A stretch of 64,000 nt of DNA from Cyanophora paradoxa CCMP329 (lineage: Eukaryota > Plantae > Glaucophyta). Where the stretch lies: the NCBI GenBank assembly GCA_004431415.1, contig QPMI01000489.1, positions 55,710 to 119,709 of the forward strand, in the 5' to 3' direction. Below, piece by piece: positions 35,834 to 46,096 of this stretch. The number at the start of each line of letters is the position of its first letter. Within the stretch, counting starts at the first letter, position 1. The notes beneath the pieces are model-generated. The model saw only the letters and a program-made list of their open reading frames with translations. It did no database searches and had not been told where the DNA came from. The position numbers were made by a program, and so were the translations under genes.

Positions 35834-37298
35834 ACACATATAAAAACAAATATTATTATCCCTCGCGTTCCGCTCAGGATAATAATATTTGTTTTTATAT
35901 GTGTGTTACTATAAGTTATATAAAGATATTAGCATTTTTATCATAGTGTATATCGATATGTGATATGTATTCTATCGGTAGTTCGTAAATGAATCAATAA
36001 AAATAATATAAGTATCGTGGAATCTTTGTAAAATATGTATATATAATATGTAATCGCGATATAGCCGATATGTGTTTACGATGCGCGATGTGTATCTAAA
36101 ACAACTACAATGTGCTGCTTGGGACGCGCCTCATATAGTCATGTGTATCACCTACGTAGCTTCGATAGGGTGGGGCGGGTGGGGTGAGGTGGGGCATTTT
36201 TTTGAATTCCCTAAAATGTTTCACTCCCAAAAATTCTTGGTCAAAAAAGACCCCACCCAACCCCACTTACCCCACCCTGTATTATTCTCTTTATCTATGA
36301 TTGATTTCAATGTAATTTAAATATAAATATGTATGATTGAGTATGTTAAATTAATACTGGGTGGGGTGTGAGGGTGGGGTGTGAGTGGTATCGGTATGGT
36401 AGTCCAATCTAAGATGGCACACATAAAATCATGATGTGTTATTTTTACTTCCGGTTTGATACTTATCGGACTTCGATAACTTCGATAGGGTGGGGCGGGT
36501 GGGGTGAGGTGGGGCATTTTTTTGAATTCCCTAAAATAATTCCCCTCAAAAATTCTTGGTCAAAAAAGACCCCACCCAACCCCACTTACCCCACCCTGTA
36601 TCTTTTATTATATTTATGATTGATTTCAATGTAATTAATGTATAAAGTATAGAGATTATGTATGTTAAATTAATACCGGGTGGGGTGTGAGGGTGGGGTG
36701 TGAAAGTGGTATCAGCCAACCATTTAATAATTACGATATTGAACCGACGTGATACCGACGAGATATGATATATTCAGATCGTATTAGAACGGCGCGATCA
36801 CTAAGAAAAACAAGTATCATGTGCTGTATATTTCGCGATCCCTGAATCGCGAATCGATAGGGTGGGGTGAGAAAGTGGGGCACCACCCTCACTGTATACA
36901 CTGTGATATGATCGCAATCCCGATGTAGCCTACTATGATATCGTGCGGACTTCGATAGGGTGGGGTAAGTGGGGTGAGGTGGGGCATTTTTTTGAATCCC
37001 TTAAATTTTTGGGGGTCAAATATTTTTGGGCAAAAAAGACCCCACCCAACCCCACCCTCCCCACCCTGTATTACTTATCGATACACCTCACTTATTTCAA
37101 TGTATAAACTCTATTAAATTAGATAGTAAATATGTATAGAAATAACGAGATTGTAGTATAGGGTGGGGTGTAGGGTGGGGGCAAAATGCAAACTGAATCA
37201 GTGCGATATAATTTAGTGAACACAAAGTGGATATGAAGTGGATACGAAGTGGATACGAAGGGGATAAGTGCGCCCCGCCCACTATGCAAGATACATGC
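35834..37298 (+). repeat. Left TIR of element B, with terminal 71-nt hairpin and G-run repeats
   Basis: Reverse complement of 52254-53719; I saw only one substitution and one homopolymer indel. Confidence 0.95.
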
Positions 37299-37599
37299 AA
37301 ACTACATGCGAGTTCTATGAAAACAATAACGATTTAGTCATGTATATATTTCGTATATATGTCCGCACCTCCGTGTGTGTGATCCCGCACAACTTTGCTT
37401 TTTTGTGTTTTTTTTGTTTTTTTTCGCATATCACGACATATACATATATACACCGGCGTCACCGACATATTCGGGGTCATCACATCGCGGCGATTCCGAA
37501 AACATATAGCATGCGATAGCGTAGTATTTTTACGTTGTCTGATCGTAATGTGATAAATTAGCTGTTATGGCTGATCGTAATGTGATAAGAGATCATCGA

Positions 37600-37901
37600 T
37601 AGTAGGCTGACAGTAGGCTGAGAGTAGGCTGATAGTAGGCTGACAGTAGACTGACAGTAGGCTGACAGGGTGATAGTATAGGCTGACAGGGTGATAGTAT
37701 AGGCTGACAGGCTGATAGTATAGGCTGACAGGCTGATAGTATAGGCTGACAGGCTGATAGTATAGGCTGACAGGCTGATAGTATAGGCTGACAGGGTGAT
37801 AGTATCGGCTGATAGTATAGGCTGACAGGATCAGGATTGGCTGATGACAGGCTGACAGGATCGGGATTGGCTGAGGACAGGCTGACAGGATCAGGATTGG
37901 C
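37600..37901. repeat. Tandem minisatellite (AGTAGGCTGAC 11-mers grading into AGTATAGGCTGACAGGCTGAT 21-mers)
   Basis: Directly visible. Confidence 0.9.
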
Positions 37902-38519
37902 TATAATAAAGCGTGCTCAGGTTACGGTGTCCAATCAAAAACGCACACAATTCAATCGGCGAAAGGGGGCATACGGGAAAAGCGAAAGGGGGGATACCAA
38001 AACACCGATTTTCGATGGAAATCGTCAAACGCTTGTATCTCATCACCAGCTCATCACCCTGCAAAACTGAAAATAGCGCCGTGACCGTCTTAACGAGGCT
38101 AGCACGTCCATATAAGTTTCATAGGCTCAAAAAATAATGTGTAAAATGCATAGTTTTTAAAAATGCGATCGCGACTTCGCGGAGACCCCCCCTTTCGTTT
38201 TCCGGGCATAACTTTGGACAGCAAGCCGATCTCGGCGCGCTCTCAATTGCTACGTGCTCGTAACTTGCTTCCGGGCATGTTGGTGCTAGTTTGACTAGCT
38301 AACTCAACCGTGGCAAGAAGTGCAAATTCGCCATAGGCACAAGTGCCCGAAAATCGAGGTGTCCGCTACATTCTGAGAGCCGGCGCGCGTTCCCATGAGG
38401 CTCCACTAGTCATACTTTGCAACCGTGCGCGTATAGAGTAGTTCTACGCTACTACAAAGCGGCGCGGTCTGATTCGCAAAGGGCGCGATTTGGCGGCTAC
38501 GAAAGCACCGCGGCGCCTA

Positions 38520-39962
38520 CTACTTTCGTGGTCTCAAAGTCGCTTTTCGATCGCCATTAGCTACCGGCGCTACCGTTGCTACTTTTCTACTACTTCTTAA
38601 TGTAGCTTTGGTTTCCGGCGCTTTATAGCTCTCAGTTTGATTAGAGAACGACTTATACCATCGTTGGCTATTCACGCCGCCGGATAGCTTAGGCTCGGCG
38701 GCTGTTACTAGCCGCTGTAATTCTTTATTTACGCGTTTCTCTTTTTGCACGCGATCTTCTAATAGAGTGCCTTGCGGCACAGCCGCGGCGGCTTCTATGC
38801 CCTCTCTACGCAATTGCGCATCGACCCGCGCCTCGTCCTTTGCCGCTTCTAATGCATCTACTGTGGGCGCCATTAGGTAATCCACAGCTTGGACAGGCAA
38901 TAGCTCGTGGAAGGCAAAGCGACCCTCTACGCGATTGCCGTCCGGATCAGTTAGCATAAACTTATAGCCCTCGCGCGCGGCGACAGTATATACGATTCGG
39001 CTCCAATTGTTACCGCCCTTAGCGAATGGCGTCTTCTCGATCCGTAGCCTTACTGACATGCCCGGCTGAATCTGATCCAAATAAGCTATCGATTTCTTGA
39101 ATTTCGCATCTTCTTTTTGCACTATAAGCTTATAGTGACTCTCGTTGGTCTCGGCGGGCATATAGCCGGTCGCAGAGTGCACCGTATTATTATAATTATA
39201 TTCCAGAGACGAAAGGACATCTATAAATCGCGCCGTATTATTCGCGATGCAGTAGCTCGTGATCAGCCGCCGCATTTGCTTGTTAAATGCTTCTATGCGC
39301 CCTTGCGCGCGATGGTCGGCTGTGTCCGCTATCTGATGCTCGATAAACTGATTCTCGAAATATTTGCGCATAATATCATTGCGGAATTCGCTTCCCGCAT
39401 CGCTTTGCACTTTGAAAATTGGTCTCGGCGCCTTATTTTGCAGCTGTATAAAGGCGGCTAAGGTCGACGCCGCGGACTTATCCCGCATCGGGATAATGAA
39501 CCCGACCCGTAATGTGTTCTCCATAGCCGTGAGAAAAGCACTGTAATTATCATTATACTTCGAGTAAGCGGGAAAGAATAGCAGATCAATTACGTAGGTA
39601 TCGAGAGGCTGTCGGATCGGTATAGCAGGGTCTCGTTTGCGGGATAGGTGCGGCGCATTAATCTGAACGACCTCTTGCCGGCTATACCACTCTTGCAATT
39701 TCTTATAATTCTCATTGGGCAGCTCTTGCCGTAGCTTAGTGATCCCTTTGAAACCGGTTTGCGGATCGTAGAATTTACGCGCGATTTTCGATTGCTCCGG
39801 GACAGCAAGGGCTACGGGCACGTCGCGGGGCACCAAAGCCTTTAAATCAGACCGCTTTACTATGCGGCTCTCTTTATTCTCTTTCGGCACGGGGATCGGC
39901 AATGTGCTCCCCTCTAAATCTTGCGATCGTCTTACTATTGGCGGTCTTGACATCCTTGTCAT
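38520..39962 (-). CDS. Retroviral-type (rve) integrase, Polinton-like
   Basis: FYDPQTGFKG N-terminus; DDE triad VIDLLF / QSDAGSEF / GRIEAFNK; YNNTVHSATGYMP; GMSVRLR..FAKG..NWS. Confidence 0.93.
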   Translation of the reverse strand: MTRMSRPPIVRRSQDLEGSTLPIPVPKENKESRIVKRSDLKALVPRDVPVALAVPEQSKIARKFYDPQTGFKGITKLRQELPNENYKKLQEWYSRQEVVQINAPHLSRKRDPAIPIRQPLDTYVIDLLFFPAYSKYNDNYSAFLTAMENTLRVGFIIPMRDKSAASTLAAFIQLQNKAPRPIFKVQSDAGSEFRNDIMRKYFENQFIEHQIADTADHRAQGRIEAFNKQMRRLITSYCIANNTARFIDVLSSLEYNYNNTVHSATGYMPAETNESHYKLIVQKEDAKFKKSIAYLDQIQPGMSVRLRIEKTPFAKGGNNWSRIVYTVAAREGYKFMLTDPDGNRVEGRFAFHELLPVQAVDYLMAPTVDALEAAKDEARVDAQLRREGIEAAAAVPQGTLLEDRVQKEKRVNKELQRLVTAAEPKLSGGVNSQRWYKSFSNQTESYKAPETKATLRSSRKVATVAPVANGDRKATLRPRK

Positions 39963-40025
39963 CAGACAATAAAAAAGATCAATGTAACATTTTACATGCA
40001 CGAGGCAATAGAAGGTTTTGTTTGT

Positions 40026-40631
40026 TTACGGTAAATCAGAGAAGAAGATATTAGCAACGACACCATTTCGGTTGGCTCCATTTATATACCACATGTGGCT
40101 GTTACGACTCCACTTCGCTCCATTATCTTTTAAGAATTTACGCAACGTTGTGCGGCGTGTAATATTAATTCCATGCTCTTCGAATTTCCGATGATATTTG
40201 GACAGATCGCGTTTAACATGGAAATATAGAATGTCGATCGGTTGTTGTTCATGCTCACGCTTCATGGCTCTCACTACATCTACCATGCTATACTGAGTGC
40301 ATCTAACATGACCCCAGAAATCCACAACAGGTAAATATCCTCCTGTATCATCATCGACCAGGATGATATTATACCTATATCTGTAAGGGTTCCCAGTGGC
40401 TTTAACATAAGCGAATACGTTATCTGATGATCGGATTACTATTTTATGCGGTTCTTCAATGAAGAAGCCAATCGACTTCACATCTTCTCTACGAATGTAT
40501 GTATTCACAAATGAGAATTGAACATGCTCACTATCAAAGGAGAAAATGACATCTAACAGTTCCACCATGTTTAATGACATTTCAGAGAGAGGGAAACTAA
40601 TGATAGGGTTACCATTAAAGCGATAAGCCAT
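40026..40631 (-). CDS. Hypothetical protein with a C-terminal DUF5710-like motif
   Basis: LKDNGAKWSRNSHMWYI resembles the K..GA.W....WY motif; AAAATTGA upstream. Confidence 0.55.
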   Translation of the reverse strand: MAYRFNGNPIISFPLSEMSLNMVELLDVIFSFDSEHVQFSFVNTYIRREDVKSIGFFIEEPHKIVIRSSDNVFAYVKATGNPYRYRYNIILVDDDTGGYLPVVDFWGHVRCTQYSMVDVVRAMKREHEQQPIDILYFHVKRDLSKYHRKFEEHGINITRRTTLRKFLKDNGAKWSRNSHMWYINGANRNGVVANIFFSDLP

Positions 40632-40770
40632 TGCCTTTTACTTTAAGCTGAGAAAATATTTTCCTGTTGCCTAAATGTAGCGCGTTCTCCTTAAATCATT
40701 TTGCGTTGCCCACGGGGCTTTCAATTTTTGACGATCCGCGGTGAGATTCTCACGTTTACTGTCAATAAAA

Positions 40771-41205
40771 TCAGGCTACCTGAGCGTTTATTGTCAAGAT
40801 TTTCACAATTGTTGTAAACTTTACAAGTAAATACTGTAAAACGCGCAATAAAAAAGGCGCAGTAAAAAAGGCGCAGTAAACGCGCAAATCATCGAGTATG
40901 ATTAACAGGTTACCGACTTTCTCCTTTTTCTTGATTCGCTCCTTGCGTTTCTGTATTATATTGTCGATCAGCTTATGATCGAAATCCTCATACAAATACG
41001 ATGTGACATTGTCATATTGATGGTTCCAGATCGTGGAAGCGAATATCATCACCGAATCTATCTTGTCCTCGTTGTGGTAAAGCAGGTATTTTAAGAATAC
41101 TGACTTACCTACTCCCGTTTTTCCGACAGCAAGTAAACGGCAAGGGAATGAAAGACTTGCCGGGTCGAATTCCGCAAGATCTTCTATACTCACGTTTCCA
41201 GTCAT
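40771..41205 (-). pseudogene. Truncated A32-like packaging ATPase
   Basis: Walker A VGKTGVGKS and Walker B IILDD are present. Similarity to the element A ATPase stops at ~40885, and the GRH and Q motifs are absent. Confidence 0.85.
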
Positions 41206-41252
41206 ATTTGCTTTCCCTTATAAGAAACAAAATAAAAATAAGATCTTTGTAT

Positions 41253-42203
41253 TTAGAACGACATTAAGAATTTTTTAATAGCCCCATTAACATCTTTTTC
41301 GGTGTATGCAATTCGCAGCAGGGCAATACCATTTGTTGCACAGTATCTACTTTTGATACTATCGCGCAGTTTTGTCAATTGTAGGTGCTCTTCCCCTCCA
41401 AAGAATGGAACGGCTTTGAAATGCTGAATTCCGTCATATTCGATTGCAATTTTAAGGCTTGGGATATAGAAGTCAAATCTAAGACAGTTTTGCAGTTTAC
41501 AGTCTTCGAATGTGTGTTGTGTTTCAAAATCTAGACCAATATCTTCGAGGACGTTTTGAATAATCATCTCTCCCTTCGATAAGTTGCAAGATGGACACCC
41601 AGCCCCTTCCAAATGTGAGTTTGGAGTTTGATCGAATTCTTTACCACATGAGCATATTATAGTTACTTTTGTTGCAGAAGTTTCATATGTAACCTTTCTA
41701 TAATCATATCTATTTCCATGGATTGCATTTGCTCGCTCAATAAACTCATCAGTAGTTAAACGAAGAGCTTCTGAACTTTGTTTTCGTCCACAGTCAGGAC
41801 ATCCATTTTTTATATGGATGTGGTTTCGAGGAGAGACATCGAATAACAGCCCACATCCGTTACATTTGAGCTTGACCTTGTCTTTCATTGTTTCAAACTC
41901 CACAAGGCTGTAATCATATTTATCTCCATGTATTTCTTTGGATCGTTCAATAAAGCCTTCCTTAGTAACACGGTGTGCTTGCTTGGATACCCCATCTTTC
42001 CGATTGCACGAATTGCATCCCTGACCATAGATATGTTTTGCAGGCGCTTGCAAGAACTCGCAATTACATTTCTTACAGATAATTGTGATTTTCGTGTAAC
42101 AGCCTGAGTAATTCGCTTTGGAATAATCGTAACGCCCTTCTCCATGAACTTCATTGGCTTTCTGAATGAATGTCTCCTGAGTGTAAGGTTTTCCCATCGG
42201 CAT
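41253..42203 (-). CDS. Zn-ribbon repeat (DUF723-like) + Vsr/PD-(D/E)XK-like putative homing endonuclease
   Basis: Three FI.KA..VHG..YDYS..CxxC..H..G.GCxxC repeats, then SKGE..I..L, LRFDFYIP..IEYDGIQH, D..K..YC..NGI.LLRI.Y. Confidence 0.85.
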   Translation of the reverse strand: MPMGKPYTQETFIQKANEVHGEGRYDYSKANYSGCYTKITIICKKCNCEFLQAPAKHIYGQGCNSCNRKDGVSKQAHRVTKEGFIERSKEIHGDKYDYSLVEFETMKDKVKLKCNGCGLLFDVSPRNHIHIKNGCPDCGRKQSSEALRLTTDEFIERANAIHGNRYDYRKVTYETSATKVTIICSCGKEFDQTPNSHLEGAGCPSCNLSKGEMIIQNVLEDIGLDFETQHTFEDCKLQNCLRFDFYIPSLKIAIEYDGIQHFKAVPFFGGEEHLQLTKLRDSIKSRYCATNGIALLRIAYTEKDVNGAIKKFLMSF

Positions 42204-42308
42204 TTTTGATCTTTCCTTCCCTTTACTCTATGTATTTGCCTTTTCTTTAAGTAGTTTTCCTATGGAAAACGTCAGAAAAATGACATCAAATTTTGCCCGC
42301 GAGATTCC

Positions 42309-43757
42309 TCATGCCGATATTCTACTGAGACCGTTGGCATTCATTACAAGAATATTGTGGCAGTAAGCCGAGATCTGAACACCGACCTTTGTCCAGGTGG
42401 CGAGGGGTGTGCCATTGGGTGTGAGGATTAGGAAGCTCGACGCTGATTGTGTTAGATCGACGTAGCCAGTCGCCTTCTCACCTTTGAGCGCCGCTTTACC
42501 ATCGAGAGCAAAGCAGAAGCCAGTGTAAATGGGGCGCTTGTTGCTATCGATCCAGTTGGTCATCTTGAATTTATCGGCGAGCTCCATAGCCGCGGATTGC
42601 AGCGGGACACCAGTGTTAGAATATAGGTAATTGTTGTTATTTAGAACTTGCATCACGACATTATCATCGAAGGCAAGGGTGCGGACAGTAGAGTGCCCTC
42701 CTTTATTATCGCCCAGTGTGTTTTCGTCGCGAACCTTGACAACAAGTGCGTAAACGAGTCCCGAAATTTGAGATAGTGACAGGCGCAGACCAGAGCCGAG
42801 AGCAAGACCGGTATAATCCGCAAACTGAATATCAGTGTAGGGGATGGCGATGCCAGAGGTCTTAACACGAGTAATGATTTCGCCCATCGTTTCCTCATCG
42901 ATGTTAACAGCATCCATAATAATACGAGGGGTCGTCATTTCCAGATTCGCAAGAGCAGGTGTAGGTGTGAGAGCCGCACTATCGAAAATCGCAGTGGCAT
43001 TAGGGTGAGCTAAGGTCTTAATATTTCCGAAAGCAGCCGCAACAGCAAGCGTCGTCTCGCCATCGGTCGAATTGGCAGCAGTAATTGCAGTCGTGTTATT
43101 CTGAGCGTAAACGCCAGGAACCGCCGCAGTTTCGAGCAGCGCAGGGGTTTGGAAATATACTTCGACCGCGATTTCGGATGGGAGCGCACCGATGGGCACG
43201 CCAGCATCGAGGAAGCTCGGAATTCGCATGGTAAAAATGCCACCGGCTTGGTTGCCGCCCTCCACCTTCGGTCCGAGATGCAGCCCATGCTTGCGCTTCT
43301 TTTGGTCGAATTCAGCCGGAGTGTTAGCCAGGAAAGCGTAATCTACCAGTCGCTCAGCGGGAATAATTTGCTCATACGACCCGTATTTAATGCTGACTCG
43401 CTGAACAAACGAGCCAGGAAGCCCGCGGACGAATCCAGTATTGAATAGATCAGCCGAGCAGTCAGCCGAGGTCTTGGCGATGGCAGTCAGCGCCTTCGCC
43501 GATGGAATGGTAACTTGGAGGCTAATACCATTGCACCAATTGTAGCGAGGGAGATAGAAGACCACACGAGTGGTAGCACCAGTAGAGGAGAACAGATTGC
43601 CGGGATCCGCAATTGGGAGCACCTCAACACGAGAAGGCTTGAATTGTTTATCAACGCCCACAATAAATCCGCGATCCAAAAGCATGCTCTTGTAATCCTC
43701 CGGGGTTTCCAGGACGGATTTGAGCGTGAGGCGGCTAAGCGAGGTCGTGGGATCCAT
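42309..43757 (-). CDS. Major capsid protein (double jelly-roll, inferred)
   Basis: 482 aa; VFYLPR, SFVQRVSIKYG, FTMRIPSFL..VPIGAL..IAVEVYF, ISAYCHNIL; homologous to the element A MCP and adjacent to penton and ATPase. Confidence 0.78.
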   Translation of the reverse strand: MDPTTSLSRLTLKSVLETPEDYKSMLLDRGFIVGVDKQFKPSRVEVLPIADPGNLFSSTGATTRVVFYLPRYNWCNGISLQVTIPSAKALTAIAKTSADCSADLFNTGFVRGLPGSFVQRVSIKYGSYEQIIPAERLVDYAFLANTPAEFDQKKRKHGLHLGPKVEGGNQAGGIFTMRIPSFLDAGVPIGALPSEIAVEVYFQTPALLETAAVPGVYAQNNTTAITAANSTDGETTLAVAAAFGNIKTLAHPNATAIFDSAALTPTPALANLEMTTPRIIMDAVNIDEETMGEIITRVKTSGIAIPYTDIQFADYTGLALGSGLRLSLSQISGLVYALVVKVRDENTLGDNKGGHSTVRTLAFDDNVVMQVLNNNNYLYSNTGVPLQSAAMELADKFKMTNWIDSNKRPIYTGFCFALDGKAALKGEKATGYVDLTQSASSFLILTPNGTPLATWTKVGVQISAYCHNILVMNANGLSRISA

Positions 43758-43790
43758 ATTTCGTTTTTATCTTCCGCTGAGAAATTTATT

Positions 43791-45077
43791 TTAGAAGAAC
43801 GGATTATTTTTTACAGCCACCCCGCTCAACGCATTCGTTAAATTGCCGCAATGCGGGTAGTCCTCATATAGCATTTTCGCGAATCCCTTATTAACAATGC
43901 GCTGTAAATCGTCGTCGGGCTCATCCACTCCCATAGTAATTTCCAAAATGAATGTGTGCTCACAGCTTCCGAGGAAATACCTATAACCGCTCTCCGTGAG
44001 AATTTGAACGGTTAAACTATCAAACGAAAGGCGGGTGTTAAAGTATTTCGTGAAAGCATCCGCCCCATAATTAATTAGCTCAGCATCCGCATAGGCTGTG
44101 CCTTTCGAAATCGGGATCTTAGCGAGGAATCCATTAGTAGCCTCGGTGCATGTCGTAAAAAGCGAGCAGTCCGGCTCTGTGATCTTTAAAACTATTGCAT
44201 TATCCGGTGTATAATCAGGGGCAGTGCCTCCGGCTATGCCTAAGACCAGAGCCGTCGAATTATAATTGCGGAATGCATCACCAGCTGAGTAAACGACACC
44301 GCTCCCAGCGAAGGCTGTGTAGCCCGATCCGTTGTATTGATCTATCATTATGTTCTCTCTGATCGATGTAAACCCGAGAAGAGTCATCGTGCGATAGGCG
44401 AGCACCTTTCTTTCATTCGCAGTAGACGAAGTGGCATTACTCGGACCATATTTAGTGAAAGCTATGTAGACATAATCACTCGAATAAAAGCATATGGCAT
44501 TTAATGTGCTCTCAAAACGGCATCTCACCACCGGGTAAAAGGTTCCCCCTGTCGATGCGTAGCTTGGATTAATTTTTGTGTCGATCATATCCTTGATGTA
44601 GTTGCCAGTTCCATTTTTCGTTAAGATGTTATCGATTGCAGTGGCAAGGTCGGTTCCAGTCGAGTATGTGCCAGGAGGGATCGTAATTGCTACGTCTCTG
44701 TATCGGGTATATCTTCTGAAAGTGTTTAGGTAATCAGGCGGTATATAGTTGCCTTGGTCGCCGAAATCTATCGCTTTGTATGCTTCGTATATTGCAGTTG
44801 CCTGTGTTTCTCTTATTTCCGCAGTGGCACCATTGAGCTGACCGCTCGAAAATCGGTAAGGAAATGATATGAAAATTGTATTAGCATCATCGGCTTTCGT
44901 CTCCCCGATTTCAGTATAGAATTGAGGGCTTGGAACCGTCGGAATCGTGTTGGAAAATTCGATCTGTCGCACAGCGATGCTCTTCACATTGTGGTATTGC
45001 TTTGGAAGGGTCACCTTATAGGAATGAGCCGAGCCCTCTGATCGATCACGGCTACTGATGCTGAGATACTCGCGCAT
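43791..45077 (-). CDS. Minor capsid (penton) protein 1 with a large insertion
   Basis: YLSISSRDR..SYKVTLPKQYHNVKSI..IEFSNT; FLAKIPI..LTVQILTESG..EHTFILEI. Confidence 0.8.
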   Translation of the reverse strand: MREYLSISSRDRSEGSAHSYKVTLPKQYHNVKSIAVRQIEFSNTIPTVPSPQFYTEIGETKADDANTIFISFPYRFSSGQLNGATAEIRETQATAIYEAYKAIDFGDQGNYIPPDYLNTFRRYTRYRDVAITIPPGTYSTGTDLATAIDNILTKNGTGNYIKDMIDTKINPSYASTGGTFYPVVRCRFESTLNAICFYSSDYVYIAFTKYGPSNATSSTANERKVLAYRTMTLLGFTSIRENIMIDQYNGSGYTAFAGSGVVYSAGDAFRNYNSTALVLGIAGGTAPDYTPDNAIVLKITEPDCSLFTTCTEATNGFLAKIPISKGTAYADAELINYGADAFTKYFNTRLSFDSLTVQILTESGYRYFLGSCEHTFILEITMGVDEPDDDLQRIVNKGFAKMLYEDYPHCGNLTNALSGVAVKNNPFF

Positions 45078-45104
45078 TTTATTCTTTATTAATAGGAAAT
45101 AAAA

Positions 45105-46078
45105 ATGATTCGGAAGCCAGTTAACGATTTCTATAATGGCAAGTTTACGAGGGTCAATGTTAATATCGATTCTATTGAGCGCAGTGCAGGGCACCCGGGA
45201 GAATATACAGTAAAGCTTTCTCAGCGACTTCTGAACGTAAAAGGGGTGCGCATTGCAAGCGCCGAGCTCCCAAACACGATTTATGCTGTCACCGATAATT
45301 CCAGAGGCGTGACCATACAGGGAATGACGAACAGCATCACCTTTTCCCCTTTCCCTGATATAGGAAACTACACCCCCGCGATTTGGGGATATGGTAATAA
45401 GAACTTAGGCTATTCGGGCAGCTTTGTAGATGTGGATCCTCTCACAAGCGAAAGCGTCACAGTCTACTACAAGTGGCTCTATAATCCAGCGACTATGAAA
45501 ATTACGTTTTATTCGAGCATTCCCCTCGCACTGAGCTGTGCACATGACGACTTTGCAAGGTTCCATGGAATGATCAAAGGGCAGATCTACCAAACAGCAG
45601 TCGCAGAAAAAGGAAGCCCTCATTATCAGGTCTCGTATGCTGATGTGACCCCATTCCACTTGCAGTATTCATTCTTGCAAGCATTCGAGGGTCGCTCAAT
45701 ATTCCCGCCTAATTTACCAATATCCGAGAAATTCCTATACAATGCAGTGACCTTCCCGAATGCGATTAATCTAAATCCGACCCCTATGTTTACCTACAAA
45801 TTAAAGAGTTTACTCCCTTTTACGACAGGTATATGGTGGCAGCAAAGACAGATGAGGGCGGAAATGCAAACCTCGCTAAGATCCCACTAACCAGCCCCTT
45901 GGGATCGTTTGTTTACTACCTGACATTCCGCAGAATCGATACTGTGGAGTTCTTTAATTCCCACGATCAGGCTTATGACATAGACACCCTCACAATTAAA
46001 TGGCTCGACGCCTACAATAATGTAGTCAACTTTAATGGCGTTAATCACAGCTTTATATTAGAGGTGCTATCGGGTTAA
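45105..46078 (+). CDS. Minor capsid (penton) protein 2; frameshift at ~45783 in a C-run
   Basis: VNIDSIERS..EYTVKL..NVKGVRIASAELPNT; after the shift LAKIPL..LTIKWLD..VNFNGVNHSFILEV. Confidence 0.78.
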
Positions 46079-46096
46079 AATAATCTTATATTACAA

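Noticed and set aside
36072-37300. ORFs inside B's TIRs (and mirror copies at 52270-53481)
   Set aside because: They are translations of repeated G/C-run non-coding sequence.
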